Below, one piece after another: positions 36,126-47,100 of a DNA stretch of 64,000 bases. The notes beneath the pieces were generated by a model, which was not told the origin of the DNA, searched no databases, and was given only the letters and a program-made list of their open reading frames with translations. The position numbers and the translations under genes are program-made. This DNA is from Vicugna vicugna (taxonomy: Eukaryota), in the NCBI GenBank assembly GCA_013265495.1, contig MU057999.1:992001-1056000 (forward strand). Direction: 5' to 3'. Each line of letters starts with the position of its first letter. The first letter of the stretch is position 1.

Positions 36126-37420
36126 CAGTAGCAGTAAAGAATACTCTGCACTTTCCAGGAGGAAACAGTGTATTTGGGAAGATGAGCTTTGTATAAGCAG
36201 AAACCTTTATAATGGCACTTCTGTTATGGCAATGATCACATTGTATTACAGTTGTATGACTACACTGGATCAAGAGCTCCTGGAGGGCAGGCTCTGTTCT
36301 CAAAATTCCCTGGGTCAGCTTCTCAGCAGGGTGCCAGTAAATGTTTGTTGAATGAATTAGTGAAGTATATAAGGAAGCCAAGCGAGTTGACCATGTGATA
36401 ACTTGTACCTGATCTCAAAGGAGGATGAACCAGAGCAGGCTTCTTGGAAAAGTCAGGAGCTGAGAGTGAGAAAGGGCCTCAGAGAAGCAGGGAAGGTAGG
36501 GGCAATTTTCTGAGAAATCAGCCAGGCAGAGACCAGGTGCCTGGAGTCGAGGGTCTCTGTAGACGAGGCACAGCAGAAGCTTGAGGGATGGCCTAGAGCC
36601 AGACTTTTTGGGGCATGGCTCTTCCCAGGCTGACCCCATGGGGAAATAAGAATAAAAGCCTCATATCCTGAGGGCAGCTCCAGTGGACATCAGGCTGTAC
36701 CAGGCGTTCCCAACTTTCCCCACTGTCAAGTACGTGATAGATGACATCAAGTACATGACACATTCCCTGGTGCACTGCCTGCAAAGCCATCCTTTTTTGC
36801 CCCACCCCCTAAAGCATTTCAGAATGCAATTAAGGGAGAAGAATGTTGTTAAGCCAGTAACCTTGAAATCACTTTAATTTCTTCTTAAAGTATCACTCAT
36901 GAATTTCAATCTTTTATCATCATTCATAACAAGTATTAACACAGCTCAGTGTCCCTTGTGTGTGTTGCATTTAAGAACCACGGGTCCAGTCCATTGTCAA
37001 TGAGGACCTCTTTCTGTCTGAGGACCAGGTGAGATTCTTTCACTGAGTGGCTCAGGGTAAAGCCCTGGCTGTTAACCAGGTGGAAGAGGGAGGGAATAAC
37101 CATTTACAGAGCACTTACGCCTCAGACACTGAGCTATAGATTAGATTCATTTTTTCAATTAAATCTCTCAACACACCTGAAAGGGAAGAATCATTATTCA
37201 TATTGTTCAAGAGAGGCTATTGGTACTGTGTTTCACTAAGGATTTTTGAAGACTTCGAAGTGTTAAGTAGAGGTTTCATTAATGTGAAATGCTCACTTTG
37301 TGCAAGGGGTTATTTCAATGTCCTTTTAGAAGGGGCAGAATGTTTTATTTTCTAGTTCCAGGGAAGGGCCTCTGACTATCACTCTTTCATTAGTTCTAAG
37401 ATGATCTGTTTGTATTCCAG

Positions 37421-37576
37421 CCTGCCCTGCAGGGATGTTCAAGGCCAGCCAGGAAGCTGAGGGCTGCTCGCACTGCCCCTCCAACAGCCGATCCCCTTCA
37501 GAGGCATCTCCCATCTGCACCTGCCGGACTGGCTACTACCGAGCGGATTTTGACCCCCCGGAAGTGGCATGCACTA
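37421..37576 (+). CDS. EPHB1: EPHB1 internal coding exon (equivalent to human exon 4), cysteine-rich/EGF-like region of the ectodomain; phase 1-1
   Basis: Acceptor tgtattccAG ends at 37420 and donor GTAAGT starts at 37577; 156 nt. Translation (A)CPAGMFKASQEAEGCSHCPSNSRSPSEASPICTCRTGYYRADFDPPEVACT(S) matches the EphB1 cysteine-rich region as I recall it. Joins in frame (A|GT = Ser) to the exon at 62598. Confidence 0.96.
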
Positions 37577-39766
37577 GTAAGTGTCTAGTAAGGGTTCTGG
37601 GCTGGGGAGTTTGGTTTCCTGACAGTACAAGTGGTGGGCAAGGAGGACTTAAGACATCATCCTCCAATTGCAGTAGTACAAAGCAGAGATGCAGGCTGTG
37701 GTGCTGAAACGGACAGCTCCCGTGCCTGGCTTGCATGCAGAACCCCCTCAAGATTATGTGCTTTCTTTGCTCCCTCCTTCCAGACGGGAGGGCCTTCTTC
37801 CTACCCAAGCGAGACAACTTCTGTCCACCTGATGGTTAAAAAATGCCAACTGGAGAGTTCTTTGTGTGCAAAGTCAAAATGCATTGGATATTGCAACAAT
37901 TCCTAGCAACTATTCCAGTCACCTCCTCCAAGAAGCCCCCCTTGGTCTTGACAGCTGAGAATATCCTCTTTTCATTGGACTTCCTGTATCTCTGTGACCA
38001 GGCTCCCCTCAGAACTCTCATGATTTTGTTAAATGTCCAATTATTCTGTACCTACCGTCTTGGTTACCAAATGAAGGTCCTGTGTGCTGGGTTCATAGAT
38101 TCATCTCCCTGTGTTCCTTCTAGTGCCTAGCATGGTGCATCCATGCCTCTACTAATGACTAGACCAGAGTCCCGGCCAGTGTGTATCTCTGAGGCTAACA
38201 TTCTAGGGGCTGGGGCTAGTGCATCTGCTCCACCCCTTTGCCACTCTCTGCTGCAGAGGGAAAAACAATCATCCTGTGGAAAGTGCAGCTCCACTCCCTA
38301 GATAGGGATGGGGGAGGGGGGTTTCCTCCCCATCTTCTCCTTCATAATTCACAATCGTGGGGAGACCGGAAGCACTACACTCCCTGCACAGCACTTTTGA
38401 GAACTTGCTCCTCCTCTTCTAAGTGTTGCAGCCTTGAAATAGGAATGCCTTTTCTTCTCAGTATTCCTGTTGCATTCAGAAGTCAGTGCTCCAGCTTAAC
38501 TTCTAATAGAAGTTTCTCCTGTGTTCCGTGCTGTTGCCTGAATCCCTGTGAGGGAGGAACTTCCCTTCACCTCCTCTCACCTAGCTCCTTCTGCCCAACC
38601 CCCACAAAGAAGGACACAGAGGAAACATTTCATACCTCCTTCCAGTTTGATGGATAGAAAAAAAAATGACTGAACTCTGAGTAGAAAAATTTCTTAATTC
38701 TGGCCTTGCAGTATATATCACCTTTGCTGGATAAAAAAAGAAGAATGAAAGTGTCTTCTAGATCCAGGTCCCAAGGTCAATCAATGCTTATAGATTGGAA
38801 CTGAGGAAAAGCTTACCCTCTTGTAAACTGATTTTTTTCCCAGACCTCCCTCTCGGGTGGGTAGGTATGAATAGAAGTCATTCCATTTCTGCTGACTAGA
38901 GTCCCTGGCTTTTGGTTGTGGTATCCTCTCTTACTGATTTCTGAGGTTTCCCTGTGTGTCCCTGTGAGCCTAAGAAGCATTCTTTAATGTACTTCTTACT
39001 GTCTGCATGTCCAAACCGAGGACCAGTCTCTGTGTTGCCAAAGCCCAGGCTCTCACAGCTTCCCTCCTGAAAACTTTCCCTTCCACTTCTGCTTATGGAT
39101 CCCCTCTCACTGGCCAGGCTCTTTGCAGAGCAATGCATGCAAAAAGAAGTCTAGGTTCCCAGCTTCCCACCTCAGCAGACACACCCTGTAAATCCATCCA
39201 GCCCCTGGATAAGGTCACCTAGAGAGAAGGTCGGCCAGTTGCCAGCAGCTCAGAATGCTGACGTGGAGCTCCTTGCTAAGTAGCACCTCTCCCACCTGCC
39301 TGTCACCTGATGCCTCCTGTCTCCCTCTCTGCCACCTGACCTGATGCACTTGAACCAACAGAACCGACTCCTGGCATAAATAAGAACATCCCAGAGCCTT
39401 CACTCTGCACATTGTAGATACTCATGCCGCTTTGCCTACCCATATCCTGAGTCCACGTCATTAAACTCAGACCCCACCCCCACCCCAGGCTTTTCTCTCC
39501 AATCCTGGTCCAGCCAGCAATGAGTTAGTCAGAGCTTCCCAACCTCTATGTCTCGCTACCATCTCCTACCTCACCCAGAGTGCGGGTGAAGGCTGGACGT
39601 ACCCATGAGTGTCACCACACCCTGCACACAGCCCTGTGCTCTTTCACCCCTGAAAGAAGAGCGCTAGGGTCAGACTGGAAATCCCTGAATCAGAGCCACC
39701 CTTGTCTGTGGAGGTCAGGCCAAGAGCATCTCAGGGACACATTGCCCAGCTCCCAGCCCTGACCTG

Positions 39767-40075
39767 CAGGGGCAAGCACTTGGTGAGAGGACCCACAAGC
39801 CGGGCTGGGCAGTAGCACAATGCTAGGCAAAACATGTGTAAATAAACCTATTATTTTATTGAGTCTCATTATATATTTGATTTATATGTGCCAGAAAAGT
39901 ACTGTATGAAAAAGTCAATTTGTTGGCTTTTATAATCTCATTAGGGTTTCCTTTTAAAGCATTCTAATTGGAGGTGCCATCTGTTCTCTTAAAAAGGCAC
40001 CGCACATCACCACAGTAATAATGTTTCAAATACAAGGAGCATGTCTGGATATGCTGAGGCCAGGCACAGCCCTGC
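39767..40075. mobile_element. Possible hAT-class DNA transposon remnant
   Basis: AT-rich core bounded by CAGGGGC... and ...AGCCCTG ends; family not determined. Confidence 0.35.
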
Positions 40076-40279
40076 ACCGTGGCCTAGGGGCCTGGCTGGT
40101 TCTGCTGGTGGAGCAAGGTGTACAGCATGGCCCGGCCAGCTGCCACAGGTGGTCAGGGAGAAGAGGGCACAGGTGCTTGTTCACCTTGCAAGTGCAGCCC
40201 TCTGTCCATCCAAGCAGGAGACAGTGACGGCCTGGTGGGGCATGGGGAGGACCCAGGGAAAGGGGAGCTCTGCCCTTCG

Positions 40280-40359
40280 TTTGTTTTGTTCTGTTCTTTT
40301 TTGTAGGAGGACTTCATGCATGCTAAGCATGTGCTCTAGCACTCAGCTATACCCTCCCC
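40280..40359 (-). mobile_element. Camelid tRNA-derived SINE with an internal deletion
   Basis: T-rich tail plus aggacttcatgcatgctaagcatgtgctctagcactcagctataccctcccc; aligns to the full copy at 63726-63881 but lacks its B box and middle. Confidence 0.85.
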
Positions 40360-40477
40360 TCCTCTTCCTTCTAACAGGTACAGGACGGTGGACATCTACA
40401 GTGTCTAGGTCCAGTGGGAGTCAGGGAAAGGGGGCACAGTTTTGGAAGCACACAGGAGCCCAGGCCTCAAAGTCTAC

Positions 40478-40763
40478 AAGGGCTTCAGGTGTGGCCTGTT
40501 GCCACCATCTTTACATGAGGTTGTATCAATAGGCATTCACTGACAATATTGAAAATTTTATAAAGAATCTTACGATATAAAATGTGCTCTTTTCCAAAGC
40601 TGAAATATCTATAGTGTGCTAAAATTTAACATTTTTTAATGATTCCTGTTAATCTCATGAAACAGCACATAGATATTCATTGTATTTTTTATAGTGTTAA
40701 ATGTGTTAATTTATTCTAAGATAATCTAAACGTTTAGAATGCATGATAACTTTTGAAGCCCTG
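40478..40763. mobile_element. Non-autonomous DNA transposon-like element with terminal inverted repeats (hAT-like)
   Basis: AGGGCTTCA at 40479-40487 and TGAAGCCCT(G) at 40754-40763 enclose an AT-rich core; no clear target-site duplication. Confidence 0.5.
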
Positions 40764-41659
40764 TGTGGGCATTTCTTCATTTTTTTCTTAATCTCCTGGG
40801 TGAGCCTGGGATCTCCTGGACCTCTGAGAGGCCATGGCAGCCCTGTGTGTCCAGCCTTATTCTTGATTTAACAGGAACTGGGGTGCATCCCAAAGCTGTG
40901 TCAAAGGGCCTGGGGTGGGCTTCAAGTGAACTCAGAGAACGGGGGCATAGGGAGCTCTGTGTCTGAGTCTGTGATGATGTTCCTGCTGCTGGTCTGGGGA
41001 CACTCAGCTTTTTCCTTCTTCTTCATCCTCCTCGCACCTCTTCCAGGCTTGGGGTCTTGGATCTGCTGCATCAGTGCCTGGCTGACTGCCCCCTTGTCCG
41101 TGGCCCCGTATGCTCATGTTGACGAAGAGGCCTTGTCCCCCGACAGACTCGGGAGGGAGGGAGAGGAGGGAAGATTGAGAAGGCTGATGTGAGGTTTTAG
41201 GATGCACGCTGCCATGTGTCAGGGCTGCCCTCAGAGAAAGAGGGACAGCTAAGCCATGGATGGAATGAGGTGGGAGCTTGGAGGATTGTTAGAGGCAGGT
41301 CATAGGTGGGCCTGGCCCTCCCTGCTAACCTAACCCTCTGAAAGAAGCCAGGCTACATGGAGTGGACAGTGGGGGCCACCTTTAATGAGGAGGAGTTACC
41401 AAAGGGCCACTTACAGCAGGGGGGAGGGGGAGAGGTCAAGGGGATGGTGCAGCCCCACTAGCCGGGAGGGGTTGAGAAGTTTGTGGGCTGAAGACCCGAC
41501 CCTCAACTTGAGGTTTACTGAGCTTCAGATGAGGAAGCCGCCACCTTCCTGCTCCCGTCCTGGGGCCCCCCGGGGAGTCCTGGCGTCCCCAAACTGCTCC
41601 AACCTTGAGTGGGGTGCTGGGAATGCTTACTGAATATCAGGAAGGTGGGCTTGGCACGG

Positions 41660-41865
41660 CCCATATGAATATTTGAATCTTGACTTTGTCTGGTACCTTC
41701 TCTGTGACCTTGAGCTAATTTCTTAACTTTCTTACACTCTGTCCTTTTCTTCTCATGACCTCATAATAATGTGTGCCTTTCTGGGTTGTTATGAGGATTA
41801 AGCAAAACAGTATGATGGAGTCTTTGGCAGAGCGCCTGGTTCATAGTAAACTCTCAATCAATGTT
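41660..41865 (+). mobile_element. MIR
   Basis: tttgaatcttgactttg...ctgtgaccttgagctaatttcttaac...gggttgttatgaggattaag...gcgcctggttcatagtaaactctcaatcaatgttag. Confidence 0.8.
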
Positions 41866-43578
41866 AGAACTTGCTGTGGTTACATCCCTGGAAAGTGTGA
41901 AGATTGCAGCGGATATGGAAGCTTCCAGCACGATAGGGGATCTAAAAATAAAAAGTGACATCCTTGGGGGGCGGAGTACAGGTTTCACACTGGCCCTGAG
42001 AGTCACAGCAGAATCCACCGTGTGGCTCAGATCATAGTCACCAGTCACCTCGGCCTGGAGATCCCAAAGAAAACAAATGGGAAGGTGGCGGCCACCGTGA
42101 GCAGACATGCTACGGGAGAAGGAGGGAGGTGCTGGTGGAGTATCTGAGACCTCCGGATGCTGCCACCCCCTCTCCTCTGGGATCGAAGCTGGACAGGAGC
42201 GGCGAGATGGACTTTCAGTCCTCAGGGAGCAAGGGCTCAGTGACTCCTCAGGGGCAGACAAGCACGTTTCACAGGAGGATCTGATGGCTCTGGAGGTGTG
42301 CTGGGCGGGGCCAGGTAGAGAGAGGCAGGAGCCAGGAACGCGCGGGAGCAAGTGCCTGGCAATGTGAAACCAAGCACCGAAATGGATGTCTTTCAGTTTT
42401 AAATAATTTCTATTTATGGGGAGACGAAATGGGAAGGAGGAATTTATGAAGCAAGTGAAAATAGATAATTATGCCTTATAAAATTGCTGTCTGCCAAAAA
42501 CTATGTGGAAGGATTGGTGTAAAAATAATTATCTTGTTACATTTCTGACCACAGAAACCTTTTTTTCTATCACTCACATGGGACAGACTTTGATGGATCG
42601 CAGACAAGCTAGTGTTTGCCCTGGTTCTTTATTTCTTCTCTAGATGCAGTGGGTTTCCCTCTGCAGTGTTGATCATGGAAGCGGAGTGAGGAAGGGGCTT
42701 TAGAGGTCACTGCCTTGTCTCTGGCCCTGCCTGCTGTCCCCTCCCACCAGACACACAACGTCGGCTAGCCCTCTGGGGTTGCCCAGTGACCATCCCTGAC
42801 CTCCATCCTGACTCCCACAGAGAGACCGGGATCCTGAGGGACAAGGCAGGGGCTTTGGGTGTAGATCCTGAAGGCATGTGACCTGGGGCAGGTGACAGCC
42901 TCTGTGAACAGGGGCTTCTCATGGGCAGATCTGGGCATGATGGAACCCAAATTAGGAGATTGTGAGAATTAAATGACAGGATGTCAGCGAAGCCCCAAGA
43001 TAAACACTCAGGTCTGTCTGCCTCCAAGGGCACAACCTCACACACAGTGAGAGCTAGAATTTGGCAGCTTTCAGGAGGACGCTGTCACTGATCGTGGCGG
43101 TGATGGTGGTTTGCTGTCACTCTCACTCTTGAATCTGCTTCCTACAGAGAAGGATAAGAATCCATTCTTCCCTCTCCCTTCTCTGTGTAATCTCGTGTCT
43201 CTTTTTTTAAGCTCATGTTTCATCCTTTAAGGGGCTGGCAGCTGTCCCTCTCTTTCATCCCAATTGTCCCGGTGCAGCAGGGTGGTCCTCATGATGCCAG
43301 GAACTTGCTTCTTGGATGGCCCGCCCAGAAGTGTGGCATTGCTCAGAGCCCGGTCTTTCTAGGCAGGCTAGGTGGAAGGGAGAGCAGAGTACCAGGGCCA
43401 GAGGGTGGAATGAACCTTGGGCTGAGAAAGAAGGAAGTCCTCTGCAGCCAGGTCTGATGGTCTTCGTGATGTTGTGAAAAGTCTGTAAGGACATCAGATA
43501 ATACTCTCCTCCCACCATCTTGGGTCCTGCTGGCTCATGCTTGACAACCTGGCCGGTGATGGCTTGTTTCCTTTATAG

Positions 43579-43779
43579 CAGTGGCTTTCACATGCAGTCC
43601 TTGGACAAGCAGCCTCAGTGCCCCCAGGGAACCTGTTAGAAACAGATTCTCAGCCCCTCCCTAGACCTCCTGAATGAGAGGCTCTGGGAATGGGGAGTGG
43701 GGCAAGGGAAGAGGCAGAGATCTGAGTTTTAACAAGACCTCCAAGTGACTCCGCAGCTTGCCAAAGTTCGAGAACATTG
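43579..43779. mobile_element. MER5A-like hAT-Charlie MITE
   Basis: Starts cagtggctttca and ends cgagaacattg; 8-bp flanks ctttatag / ctttagaa (6/8 identical); internal gaacctgttagaaacagattctcagccc. Confidence 0.8.
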
Positions 43780-45109
43780 CTTTAGAACTGGGTCATGTTT
43801 CTCTGTCCTCTGCTTTGTGATTCCTGGGGAGAAAGGACATTGAGTGAATACCTACAGACTGAAACCACAGGCCCTACCCCTCCCCGTCCATGTCTCATGT
43901 ACCAGGTGGGGAGAGTGAGACAGAGACAGAGACACAGAGAGGGACTGAATACCTGCCTGAGGAAGAGGAGCGCTTGGGTGTGATAGGAGGGCGAATATGT
44001 GAGTGTGTGCCTGTGTGTGCCTGTTTCCAGCTTCTCACTAGCTCTCAGAACCACCCTCACGTGCTCTGGCTCTGTTTCCATCACATTCTCACTCTCGGGT
44101 GGTTGGAGCCGTGTGGGGACCTCCAAAGTCCAACATCAGCTGGGGCTGGGGGCCGTGACAGGGGAGAGAGTGGAAACCAGCGAGCACAACCTGGCCAGGT
44201 GGACTCAGGGAGGGCTGAGGGGGAAACAAAGGCAGAAGCAAAGTGACTGGTGGGGACCATTAACCTGAGCTCAGACGGGCAATCAGGTGGGCAGAGGGAT
44301 GGGTCATGGGCCTCACCCCTCAGGTGGTCCTCCACCCTACCCAGCAGGGAATAGGTCCAGAGGAAGCCTCTGGGGACCACCCCAGCAGGGAGGGGCCCCT
44401 CAGGCCAGTATGGCACGAAGGTCCCCCGGGGCGGCAAACACCCCACAGAGCACAGGAGTCCCGTGTTACTATTTGGGGACTCACTGGCCTACGTGCCTAC
44501 ACACTGGGGATGGTTTTAAAGACTTTTCAAAAGTTAACCCTTTCAGAAGCATCAACCTCTTCATCTAGGAGTTGCAACCTATTAAAGATGAACTCAAGGT
44601 CAGCTTCACCCACTGCTGAGCAGGGCTTTAGTAAAAGATTACCACCAGGTGCCCCTTTCCATGCGTGAAGTTGCTGCTTGATTTTACCCTGATGTGTAAT
44701 CCACACTGCGCATGAAACATACCATTTGTGCTTTTGAAGGGGAGATAATCTGTGTTTTCCTTGACCTGAAATACCATCAAAGGTCACAGATGAACAAGAG
44801 TCATAGGGTAAGCTGGCTCTCGGAGTGCCTGGGTTTGGATCACGTAAACACCTGGATGCAGAGTAGAAGGAGTGTGACGGCGAGCTGAAAGCTATTTATA
44901 ACTGTCACTGCTGTTTCAAGAAGGGTCAGCGTGGCCTGTGTACACAGGCGTTCACACCTCTATAAACTACAATTTCTTTTCACAGTTGTTGGACCCAAGT
45001 GGGTGGAACCCTTAGGAGGCATCGTCTAGCTCTAAGTTTTAAGCTGATAGCTGGGAACGGGCGCTGACGTGTCTGTTTCAGCTTTTCATCTAAAGAGCGT
45101 TTCACCTTA

Positions 45110-46560
45110 CGGGCATTTGGAGTCACAGATTATTAACACTCAGAGCAGCCTTGTCAGTCCTGCCACCCAAACTCCTCCCTGGAGTCAGCTCTGTCTCTCC
45201 AATAACCCTGAGAGGTAGTCATTTCATTTTTATTTTTCTGAGTATCTGTGATGGCAGATAGCTGATCTGTTTTGCAGGGCGGCTCCAGTCCGCTGCTAGG
45301 CAGCCATCACTCATCACTGTCAGAGGAATTTTCTGGACCTTGGATTGGCCACTGCCTCCCTCCCCTCCTCACCGTTGGTCCGCCATTGAGGACCAATGTT
45401 CTGCAGGTGGGAGCAGTGGTTCCAATGCTTAAGAACAACTTTCTCATCCTTCGTTAATCACCTGCTGTAGCCTAAACATCTGTTATGTTATCCTGAGCCC
45501 TGGTGTCCTGGCTTTCCTGAATCTCTCGCAATTATCAGTACAACTCGTAAAATACAGCAGCCAGGATGAAACACGATGCTCACCCCCGAGCAGGGTCCAG
45601 TGGAAACATGGTGGGTTTTCTCCTTAGCTGGGATACCGTTGATTGTTCATGTTGGTTGCAGCCTCTCACACTGTGGGCTCTGACCAGACTTTTTGACCCC
45701 TAAACATTCAGAGTTTTTATATGTCCTTCAGGAAATGCTGCCCACTTGGATTTCCTGTTTTCTGCCCTTAGACATTTAACTTCAGTCATTTTGCCTTGTG
45801 GATCTAGACATATGCTCATTCAAGTATAGATCATGGTGAAAACTGATTTTAGAGTCTTTCAAATGACAAGTGTATTAGCTAATTGTCAGGAGTGTGGGCT
45901 CTGGTGTCTGTGTGCTGTGGTCTGGGTTCAAGAGCTGCTCTGACACTTGCCAGCTGTGTGATGTGGGGCAAGTGACAAGGCTTCTCTGTCTCCATTTTCT
46001 CATTCATAAAGTGGATATAGTGTTAGCACTTGCCTCACTGTTCCATCAAGGGTATTGAAGGTAGTAAGACTATTTAGAACACTGTTTGGCATATAGGAAG
46101 CTGTCTATGAAAGTAAGCTACTTTATTTGATTACTATTATTGGAGTTGCCCACCCTACTTTTATGCTGTTTTCAAAGCAGTTACAATCTGAGCACTGGAG
46201 TTACCATTTAGCTAACGTTTCTTCTTTCGGTCCACAAGTATCTATGTACTTTTTTCAGTTACCATTATTGAAATCCAGGTATGCTCTCTACATCCTTTGT
46301 CTCTAAAGGCTCATAAACTTTTAGACAAAGAAGCAGTGTCACTTGGCCTGATGTATACTGAGAGCCCCATGCTGATTTTTGGCACTGTTTCCTTGAGGCT
46401 CTTAAAGCACTGATTTAACTATGAAGTTTTAGAAGTAGGAGGGGTTGAGGTAAAATTTATTCATTTAATCTATTCTCTTCTCTATTTGGAAAATCAGAAC
46501 AAAGCTATCTACCCCGTGGCTCTAGGATCCTCTGTTGTCATGCATGCACCTTGGTGGCCT
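45110..46560 (-). mobile_element. Probable ancient CR1/L3-like LINE remnant interrupted by a MIR
   Basis: Highly diverged similarity to CR1/L3 3' regions as recalled; the MIR insertion is at about 45885-46140. Confidence 0.4.
45885..46140 (+). mobile_element. MIR
   Basis: ggagtgtgggctctggtgtc...ctgggttcaagagctgctctgacacttgccagctgtgtgatgtggggcaagtgac...tttctcattcataaagtgg. Confidence 0.8.
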
Positions 46561-46889
46561 TCAGGCAATGGCTCTGATGTCTAATTTGCAGACTCTGGTC
46601 CCAGGCGGGGCTGGTCTGGGATGGATGCGGGAACTTGATGGCAGCTGTAGCTCAGGGCTCTTAAATCTTCCCTGCTCCAATTCTCCTCCTCAAAGGAGAA
46701 GACAGTCAGGGGCGAACGGCTCTGCCTCCTCTGTCCTCTGCCAGCGTCTTACCTCATCCCCAGGAAAGAAGTTGCATGCCCTGAATATTTTATTCAGATC
46801 TGTTTAGGTGTAGGGCTTTCTCTGTGCAGCTGTTGACAGGGTGATCTGATTTTTTTACCCCTTCTGTGCTCTTATATGTAGGTGCCCAA

Positions 46890-47100
46890 CAGGGGCAAGT
46901 CGTCAGAGCTCTGCTGTTGGCATCAGGTAGACCAGCGTTGACTCTTGGCCCCACGCCTCCATTGCCTGGGTTACTTAACCTCTCTGAACCTCTGTTTCTT
47001 TTTCATAGAATGAGGATATTGTTTATTATTGTGCCAGTTGTGGTGATATATGTCACTAACTCAGTGACAGACAAATGGTCAGTGCTCAGTAAATTGTTGT
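46890..47100 (+). mobile_element. MIR
   Basis: gggttacttaacctctctgaacctctgtttctttttcatagaatgaggata. Confidence 0.7.

Larger units (their letters stand above)
1..37420 (+). other. EPHB1: 3' portion of the large upstream EPHB1 intron (equivalent to intron 3)
   Basis: No Eph ligand-binding-domain coding sequence seen in this interval; repeat-rich; ends at the acceptor AG at 37419-37420. Confidence 0.85.
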
